Below are positions 55,232-64,000 of a DNA stretch of 64,000 nucleotides, in pieces (position 1 is the stretch's first letter; the number at the start of each line of letters is the position of its first letter). The notes beneath the pieces were generated by a model. It searched no databases. It was not told the origin of the DNA and worked only from the letters and a program-made list of their open reading frames with translations. The translations under genes were made by a program, and so were the position numbers. Location: contig NIVC01002285.1 of NCBI GenBank assembly GCA_002269645.1, positions 1 through 64,000 of the forward strand. The letters are read 5' to 3'. This DNA comes from Macrostomum lignano. Lineage: Eukaryota.

Positions 55232-56226
55232 TGTCATGTAGTCAGGCTGTCATGTAGTCAGGCTGTCATGTAGTCAGGCTGTCATGTAGTCAGGCTGTCA
55301 TGTAGTCAGGCTGTCATGTAGTCAGGCTGCTTTCATCTAGTCAGGCTGTCATGTAGTCAGGCTGTCATGTAGTCAGGCTGTCATGTAGTCAGGCTGTCAT
55401 GTAGTCAGGCTGTCATGTAGTCAGGCTGTCATGTAGTCAGGCTGTCATGTAGTCAGGCTGTCATGTAGTCAGGCTGTCATGTAGTCAGGCTGTCATGTAG
55501 TCAGGCTGCTATCATCTAGTCAGGCTGTCATGTAGTCAGGCTGTCATGTAGTCAGGCTGTCATGTAGTCAGGCTGTCATGTAGTCAGGCTGCTATCATCT
55601 AGTCAGGCTGTCATGTAGTCAGGCTGTCATGTAGTCAGGCTGTCATGTAGTCAGGCTGTCATGTAGTCAGGCTGTCATGTAGTCAGGCTGTCATGTAGTC
55701 AGGCTGTCATGTAGTCAGGCTGCTTTCATCTAGTCAGGCTGTCATGTAGTCAGGCTGTCATGTAGTCAGGCTGTCATGTAGTCAGGCTGTCATGTAGTCA
55801 GGCTGTCATGTAGTCAGGCTGTCATGTAGTCAGGCTGTCTTGTAGTCAGGCTGTCATGTAGTCAGGCTGTCATGTAGTCAGGCTGTCATGTAGTCAGGCT
55901 GTCATGTAGTCAGGCTTTCATGTAGTCAGGCTGTCATGTAGTCAGGCTGTCATGTAGTCAGGCTGTCATGTAGTCAGGCTGTCATGTAGTCAGGCTGTCA
56001 TCTAGTCAGGCTGTCATGTAGTCAGGCTGTCATGTAGTCAGGCTGTCATGTAGTCAGGCTGTCATGTAGTCAGGCTGTCATGTAGTCAGGCTGTCATGTA
56101 GTCAGGCTGTCATGTAGTCAGGCTGTCATCTAGTCAGGCTGTCATGTAGTCAGGCTGTCATGTAGTCAGGCTGTCATGTAGTCAGGCTGTCATGTAGTCA
56201 GGCTGTCATGTAGTCAGGCTGTCATG
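55232..56226. repeat. 16-bp minisatellite (GGCTGTCATGTAGTCA)
   Basis: About 62 copies. Confidence 0.95.
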
Positions 56227-57673
56227 AACTGAGCTAAAATCTGTGCAAAAGCATACGGCACAGTTTCTATTATCAGCTGGAGATTTTGATGGCGGCTAAG
56301 TCGGTCCCGGATGCGTAAGCTCGGGACCCGGCAGAAATCGCGACTTTCCAGAAATAGCCGGCTTAAGATAACGGCGGTAAACATTTCGGGCCAGTTGCCA
56401 AACAGCCTTGTTGACAGATCTGCAGAAGCGAATTCGCCCCTCAGCAACCTTCATCCGGCAGCTGATTGCCGGAGCGAGGCGGGGGCGCCCTGAAAATTGG
56501 CCATCAGCCATCAGCCAAAATGCTTTAAAATGTCATCGGCGAGACAAGAATATCAGCGGCCCTGCCGTCCCCTGCATAGTCAACCTGATTGCGATCTTCT
56601 CAAAAATCAGAACGCCTCATTTTTGCTCTCTCGCCTGTCTGTCTGGTTGCATGCCTCGAAAACTTTGCCAATGTTGCTTTTTTGAGGCTTTCCAGCACCC
56701 AGTGAGAGCTCATCTCGGGCTCGCATGTGCGAGCCCTTCGGAATTTGCCCGCAGGGGCAATCCCAAGTTGAGCAGGAACACATCCCGCTCTCTTCCTTAG
56801 TTCTCTGTCTGTTAGCTATTATTTCTCATCCTGCCGCAGGACATTCTTGGGAAAGCTTCTCTTCAAAAAAGGGTAAAACTTGAAGCTAGGAGCAGAAAAT
56901 AGGTGTGGAATTTCCCGATCGCTTGCCAAACAATAACAGCCTGTCGCGTGATTTGAGAGCAAAAATAAACTAAGGTGGGACTCAAGGCGGTGGCTAGAGG
57001 TGCACCTTCAGGAAATGGAAACTCATTTCCCGTATAGTGCCTCTGGTCGCTTTGCTCAACCGGTTAAAACAATAATTGCACTCTGAGTCATGGAGACGCT
57101 CAACAGTGCTCAGAGGGTGTGTGGGAACCTTTTCGAATGCTGAAGTTCTTCCCCACGGTTTTTGAGCGTCTGTCTGCAATAAATTGTTTCTTTCTAAAAC
57201 AATGCTCAAAATTCAGCTTTGCCTGCTCGAGCAGAAAAGCCTAATTGTTCAAGCGTTACAGATTTACAGATTTTAGACGTTTAGTATGTGTGGACTTAAT
57301 CTGAATGCACTAAAAAATGCAGATCAGCTACTATTAGTAGGTTTAGTGATCAGACTGATAGATTATTTCAGTTTTATTTTCCTGAAAAGGAAGACTTCGT
57401 GCCGACTGTCCTAAAAATTTCCTAAACTTTTTATAAGGCTGGAAAATGTGAGACATCTCCCTCTCTCATTCACGAAATCGTGAGAATCGTGAGACCGTCT
57501 CTTTTTAAAACCGGGTGCCTGGTTAGTTAATAATTAATCCAGCACACGGGCTGGCTGCCTGATCCTTACTGTATAAAGCAAAAAGCTTTGCGCACCAACC
57601 GGAGGTAGCAAGATGCTACATCAGTCCCCGCGAACGTGCCTGCAGAGGCTGGCAGATCAATTATTTAAGCCCG

Positions 57674-60270
57674 ATGACGCGCTCGCTCCGCTTCCTGCAC
57701 TACTCGGCCAGCCGCATCAAGCCTGGCTGCTGCGCGTCCTTCTCTGCTCTGCTGCTGCTTCTGCTGGCGTTGCTTTTTCTGTTTCTTGTAAGTACTTTGA
57801 CGTCTTTAAAGTTCCTAGACCCTGAGGCTAGGCTTGCCTGTGTCACGATTCCCTCAGGATGAGTTGGGCAGAGTGGCTTTGGGGGTAAACGCGTCTTGAC
57901 TCTCGTGCCGCTAAATCTGGTTCGGTTGTGTACGAAAATTGACCGCGGGCTGACGATTAGAAAGTCAGAAGGCCGTCGAACACCCTGTGTGAGCGTTTGA
58001 GTGAGTGAGCGCCTGTGTACAGTATTCACGCGCTTGCATGTGCTCAGGACTCAGCGCTGGTTGTGGGATGATGTTGATGAAGGCGTTGCGCCTTGGTGCC
58101 CACAGCCCATCTGCGAATAATTTTTCCTTCAACATTTTCCCCTGACTCTATTTATCAACCCACAAGAGACCGGCCGGTTTCTGCAAGCAGCAGCGGCTGC
58201 AGCCACCCGCACCCATCCCGGGTAGTGGCCGCATTCCCAAGCTGCTGCACTATGTATTCAGGAGCGCCGAAGTTTTCTCAAACTATTCGCCGCTGATCAG
58301 CTCATGCCTGCACTTCAATCCCGACTGGACTGTCTACCTGTGGCGGGATTCCGACGTCAGACAGCTGATCCGCTTGCACTATCCGGACATGGCTAAGCTG
58401 TTCGAGGCCTACTCTACCGACCTGATGCGGTCTGACGCTGCCAGATACCTGATCTTGCATCATCTGGGAGGTAGTCGCGCTTGCTTCGTTTGTGTAAATT
58501 TCCCTAGATCCGTGATGACGCATCAAGCGCAATGATTCTTACCGTGCGATTGACGTCATCTCAAAGTCAATTAGCTATTATCCAAACATCACGAGCAGCA
58601 TGCTCCATTTAAGAATAAAAATGTAAAACAGAGTCAAAAAGCGTTTAATACACAACAGGGGTCTCCTGAGGCCAAGGGGCGTCGCTGTTTCGTTAGGGCC
58701 CACAGCAATCCGTCTGGTGCTCGGTTTCCCGGGCAACGAGCTGGCCGACTCTCTGGTCGAAGCTCCAGCTGCCTGTCGGGTCCTGACCCTCTCTGGTTCC
58801 GATCCCCAGCACGATCACTAACCGTCAGATTGAATGGACTGGGGCTGACACTCACAATAAAAGGTGTTAACTGCCGCCAATTCCGAGTGGCAGTCTCGTA
58901 TATCCCCAAGACAGCTCCGAAAGTATAGGCAGATCAGCAAAGACACCCAGGACATCACCAGGACCCTCACAGGCTACAGGAACTCTGCCCCCATTCAGTG
59001 GCCTTGACAATGGACCGGAATTTCATCTGCCAATGCCTCCACCAACAACAACCCGACGAGCCTCTTTCTTCCTTAGCGAATAACACGCTGCAGAAGGCCC
59101 TCCGCACCTCCATGGCTGGCTCCGAGCCGCGCCGCAAACCTGACCTCCTTCTGGCGACGCCCCTTCTTGAGGATTCGCAAACGAAGTAGCAGAATTCTCC
59201 ACCCTCAGGAGTGTACATCGACTTGGACATCGAGTGTGTGCAGCCGTTCTACCCAACCCTGGCCAACTACACTGCCTTTCTGGACCGGGAACGCACCGAC
59301 CAGACAGCCGTGATCTGGCAGACCCGGCTGGCGGCGATGAACAGCGCCATGGGCTCGGTGCCTGGGCATCCGTTCTTCGCTTTCGTGGCGCGGCGGATGC
59401 AAGCTGGTGCCGATGAAGGCGACCAGTTGGCTGGCGGTGGTGGCGGTGGAAAGCCGAAAGCGACCAGTGCATATGTGGCCACGGGGCCGGGGATGCTCAC
59501 CGAAGCCTACAGAGAGTGGCAGCTGCGACGCCAGCCCGGGATGAACAGCAATGAAGACGTGGTTCTGCTTGGCTGGGATTTCTTCTCTGGTTTTGTTGAG
59601 TCACGAGCTGATCTGTGGAGGATCTGCAGGGCTCGGTTCGGAGGTGAGCTTTTGTCTGAAATTTTGTTCAAAGCATATCTAACTGACTAAACTCCCTTCC
59701 TAACTACCTTATCTACGTAAGCACCTACATACCTAACCTACTTGTCTAGCTACCTTAGTAAAAACCTGTTAGAATGCACGGAAATACATATCTTGTATCT
59801 TATCTAAAAATTTAACAAGTGACCGATTTATCAAACTTTAATAAAAAACGTGACCTTTTCTATAAATTAGAACTATTGATTCACTTGAGTGGCTATATAT
59901 ACTTTTGTTATTACTGTAACGCTACATGTACTTTGCAAACCTTTGCCAAACAATTTAAAAGCGTAAAATTTAAAGGTAACTGCTGACAAATCAATGAAGT
60001 GATTGATACTGTTGACATGATTTTTTTGTATTTTTTGTAGGTATCGTGAATGGCAGAAGGCGAAAGCGACCGCGGGGCAGGCGATCCATGTCGTTCAGAA
60101 TCTGCCGCAGAATTCTTCGCACACAGTCCTGGAAGCGTGAAGAGTCAACAACCAACACTATCGCATTTCACCGGTTTATGCACCTGGGATACCCGGAGAA
60201 TCAGGCCAAAATATGGGGCGTTTTTAATGTCACCATGCGCTTTCCAAGAATTTCGTTTTACTATCATTAG
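57674..60270 (+). CDS. Type II membrane glycosyltransferase, GT32 / DXD (SUR1/CSH1/OCH1-like); exons 57674-57787, 58167-58470, 59209-59643, 60041-60270; 360 aa
   Basis: N-terminal anchor ALLLLLLALLFLFL; IPKLLHYVF..NPDWTVYLWRD..YP..MRSDAARYLILHHLG|GVYIDLD..MNSAMGSVPGHPFF..TGPGMLT. All junctions GT/AG and in phase; 1083 nt. Confidence 0.88.
58680..59190 (+). mobile_element. Decayed RNase H-bearing LINE fragment in GT32 intron 2
   Basis: FVRAHS..PGNELADSL (RNase H end, W[VI].[GA]H.G..GNE.AD.L), DITRTLTGY and FICQC, broken by stops and frameshifts. Confidence 0.42.
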
Positions 60271-60779
60271 GACCATTTGATTAGGTACAGTTTACTGTTT
60301 CTGTGCACAACAATTCAATTTAGGGATTTTATCTAATGCTAAAGACGCCAAGGCGTACAATATACTGCAAACAAACAATCGAATGCTTGTTAGATTGCAA
60401 CTTAGTTAAAATGCTCCTTTGATGCTTGTAGTCGATCGTTTTAATTAGTACTTAGGCTTTTTACACAGTTAAGCTTTTATTTTCAATATTCTGCTTGCCT
60501 GCCTACCCATCTGTCTATCGTCCTTATTAAGTGCATATTGTCCGCTCAACTCTCGGACTTTGTCCAACTCTCGAGCTTTTCCCTCTAATAACGATAATTT
60601 ATTGAAATTAAACATTTCAATAAATTAATAAATTTCGAAGAATAAATTTCTTCGAAACGCAGTGTCAATTTTTTTTCCAAAAGTATACGTTTTATAAACG
60701 TAATAATCATTGTTGTTTACTGTTTTTGATAAAGTAAATTGTTTACTGTTTCTGATAAAGTTAAAATTATTAAAGATAA

Positions 60780-63497
60780 ACGTATTCATTTCCCGATTGA
60801 CATTCAGATTTACATTCAAATTTTAACAAAGCCGCTGTAACTTTTCTTTACTTGAACGAAACGCTTTAAATTTTTACAAAAACTTTGACGCAATCAAGAA
60901 AAAAAACTACGTAAAATATCTCAGCATTTAAAAATAGACTGTACAAATTATTCACACATAAAGTTTGTTCCTATCTCCTTAGTGTATTATTATGCAACTC
61001 AACAAAACAGCTTAAAATACACGCAGAGCTACGAAACTTTATTTTTCTCTTGACGCACGCGAGATGCGTTGGCAAGTCAAAAATCAGCACCCTAGCTTAA
61101 AGCCTGTACGAGTTATTCACCTGCAAACTGTGTTCCTATCTCCGTAGTGTATTTTGGGGGTCCAGCTTGACATTCGCTGACAGACACTTCTACTCAACGC
61201 AGAGCTACGAAACTTTATTTTTCTCTTGACGCATGCGAGATGCGTTGGCAAGTCAAAAATCAGCACCCTAGCTTAAAGCCTGTACGAGTTATTCACCTGC
61301 AAACTGTGTTCCTATCTCCGTAGTGTATTTTGGGGGTCCAGCTTGACATTCGCTGACAGACACTTCTACTCAACGCAGAGCTACGAAACTTTATTTTTCT
61401 CTTTACGCATGCGAGATGCGTTGGCAAGTCAAAAATCAGCACCCTAGCTTAAAGCCTGTACGAGTTATTCACCTGCAAACTGTGTTCCTATCTCCGTAGT
61501 GTATTTTGGGGGTCCAGCTTGACATTCGCTGACAGACACTTCTACTCAACGCAGAGCTACGAAACTTTATTTTTCTCTTGACGCACGCGAGATGCGTTGG
61601 CAAGTCAAAAATCAGCACCCTAGCTTAAAGCAGAGCTTCTCACCAGCAGCAAATCTGCCGGGCAAGATGCGCCTGATAATTCCTTGTACTTCTGCGGCAG
61701 AAGTATTTTTAAGAGCTAGCATTTGATGAAAAAGCAGCGGTAGAGATCTTTGCAAGTCGCTAGCTATGTCCCGTCTCATTAATGGGCCGTTCTGCTCCAT
61801 CCAGTAAAGAAGCTGAATGGCAGAATTGGCATAGCAGTCTGCTCCGCTATTTCTTAGTCCACAGAGAGGCTGCGGCTCTGAACTTCTTGATGATGTTTGT
61901 TTGGCAGCCTTTGCCCCTGAACTATGCTCTTGACGAGGCTCTGTTCTAACATTTTCCTCAGCAGGTAGAGATGTGTAAAGATTAGCGTTGAGGCTTTTAG
62001 GAAGCTGTGTATCAACGAAGCGGCGCTCAGGATATCGTTGGCGAAAGCAATCTGGGTCGTAGGCATAATGACCTAGGAGCAAAAGAACTGCCATTACATG
62101 GCAGTCACAGCCAGCTGTTCGGCTACCCAGAAAGAGGATCCACTGTTTAAAAAGTCTTCTGCATGGCTGCATGGTGTAGCAGACTCCCAATGAGTCCCGT
62201 TTTCGACTTCCGGGCTTCACCAGATGGCTCAAACAACTCCCGATCATGAGGACCCCACTAAAGCAGCGTAAAAATGATGCGATGCGTGCTCATTAAGGGA
62301 TGTGTGGCAGGGGGTCCGTACAGAAATTATTTTTAAGGCTCAGGTGGGTGACCCAGCTATATGACCAGAGCCGAATTTGTGAATTTTCTATCCCGTCATA
62401 TGTTTCCCATTAGATGAATTCCCTGACTGTAATCTCGTACAGTCTCTAATACTGGAATAACTCATACAGGCTTTAAGCTAGGGTGCTGATTTTTGACTTG
62501 CCAACGCATCTCGCGTGCGTCAAGAGAAAAATAAAGTTTCGTAGCTCTGCCTTGAGTAGAAGTGTCTGTCAGCGAATGTCAAGCTGGACCCCCAAAATAC
62601 ACTACGGAGATAGGAACACAGTTTGCAGGTGAATAACTCGTACAGGCTTTAAGCTAGGGTGCTGATTTTTGACTTGCCAACGCATCTCGCATGCGTAAAG
62701 AGAAAAATAAAGTTTCGTAGCTCTGCGTTGAGTAGAAGTGTCTGTCAGCGAATGTCAAGCTGGACCCCCAAAATACACTACGGAGATAGGAACACAGTTT
62801 GCAGGTGAATAACTCGTACAGGCTTTAAGCTAGGGTGCTGATTTTTGACTTGCCAACGCATCTCGCATGCGTCAAGAGAAAAATAAAGTTTCGTAGCTCT
62901 GCGTTGAGTAGAAGTGTCTGTCAGCGAATGTCAAGCTGGACCCCCAAAATACACTACGGAGATAGGAACACAGTTTGCAGGTGAATAACTCGTACAGGCT
63001 TTAAGCTAGGGTGCTGATTTTTGACTTGCCAACGCATCTCGCATGCGTCAAGAGAAAAATAAAGTTTCGTAGCTCTGCGTTGAGTAGAAGTGTCTGTCAG
63101 CGAATGTCAAGCTGGACCCCCAAAATACACTACGGAGATAGGAACACAGTTTGCAGGTGAATAACTCGTACAGGCTTTAAGCTAGGGTGCTGATTTTTGA
63201 CTTGCCAACGCATCTCGCGTGCGTCAAGAGAAAAATAAAGTTTCGTAGCTCTGCGTGTATTTTAAGCCGTTTTGTTGAGTTGCATAATAATACACTAAGG
63301 AGATAGGAACAAACTTTATATGTGAATAATTTGTACAGTCTATTTTTAAATGCTGAGATATTTTACGTGGTTTTTTTTCTTGATTGCGTCAAAGTTTTTG
63401 TAAAAATTTAAAGCGTTTCGTTCAAGTAAAGAAAAGTTACAGCGGCTTTGTTAAAATTTGAATGTAAATCTGAATGTCAATCGGGAAATAATTACGT
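60780..63497. mobile_element. Foldback / Mutator-like non-autonomous element, 2718 bp, with long modular inverted arms
   Basis: Left arm 60780-61631 is the reverse complement of right arm about 62455-63497. Termini ACGTA.../...TACGT; 9-bp TSD TAAAGATAA at 60771-60779 and 63498-63506. Arms contain a 176-bp unit (left period marks 61025, 61201, 61377, 61553; right 62471, 62647, 62823, 62999, 63175). Confidence 0.9.
61612..62247 (-). pseudogene. Gene fragment in the foldback core containing a USP (peptidase C19) Cys-box
   Basis: CGLRNSGADCYANSAIQLL (61863-61807) fits GL.N.GNTC[YF].N[SA].[LI]Q.L. No His-box; the ORF runs into the left arm and stops. Confidence 0.72.
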
Positions 63498-64000
63498 TAA
63501 AGATAATTAGTTTAAAAAAAGATATTTACTTTCGATTTTTCTCATTAGCTTTAACACCAACAACGAAAAAAGACATAATGTAGACATGTAGTGCAAGCAA
63601 AACCAAGAATGGACTCAATGGATCCTATATATTCACTTTTGTTATAGTGGTCATTTAAATAGGAAAATTGTTATAAGATTGAGGTGGGGGTGGAGAAGAA
63701 CTTTCTTAGAACGGTTGTTTTTGAATTTGCTGACACCAGTGAGGTGGGGCGGATTCCTCGTTTGAATTGCCGCCGGCGTTGAGTTCGCACGAATAAAACC
63801 GGAAAAACGCGCAGACGAATCACAACGAAATTTCTTCTCCTGTTTTACTCCGACAGCCGGGTTCTCAAGTCCGGGGGGAGGGTAGTTGTAATCGTAGCGG
63901 AGCGGTCGTATAGCGGCCCGGTCGTTCAGATCCGTAGACTCAATTGGTCTTGACACCGTAAATCTGCTTTGGAATTGTCGTACTGATTACTGTCAGTAGA

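Noticed and set aside
63651-63956. 101-aa minus-strand ORF at the window edge
   Set aside because: May be an exon of a gene extending beyond the window, but there is no motif or reliable splice context to support a call.

Overview
Eukaryotic (animal) genomic DNA: GC-rich exons, AT-rich spacers, and introns often filled with a single minisatellite each. This mosaic recalls the flatworm Macrostomum, but the taxon is only an inference. Nine genes were reconstructed by hand from splice sites and recalled family motifs: SH3BGR-like (5' end not found), group III secreted PLA2 (1-nt frameshift), ARL6IP1, an intronless 2151-aa DCDC1-like gene, complexin ending in a CAAX box, a 3-PDZ scaffold, a class A peptide-type GPCR, a GT32 DXD glycosyltransferase, and a nearly intact piggyBac transposase. 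Other mobile DNA: two hAT-like MITE families, a tRNA/CORE-type SINE and two decayed LINE 3' ends. Top hunt result: a 2.7-kb foldback/Mutator-like element (60780-63497) with a 9-bp TSD and long arms built from a 176-bp unit, whose core carries a ubiquitin-specific protease Cys-box fragment. Also notable: a CEP120-type C2 domain inserted into a DCX repeat of DCDC1, two 28S-rRNA helix 69-71 look-alikes downstream of the ARL6IP1 stop, and a palindromic CCAAT/E-box MITE at the ARL6IP1 5' end. All homology calls come from remembered consensus motifs; no database search was run.
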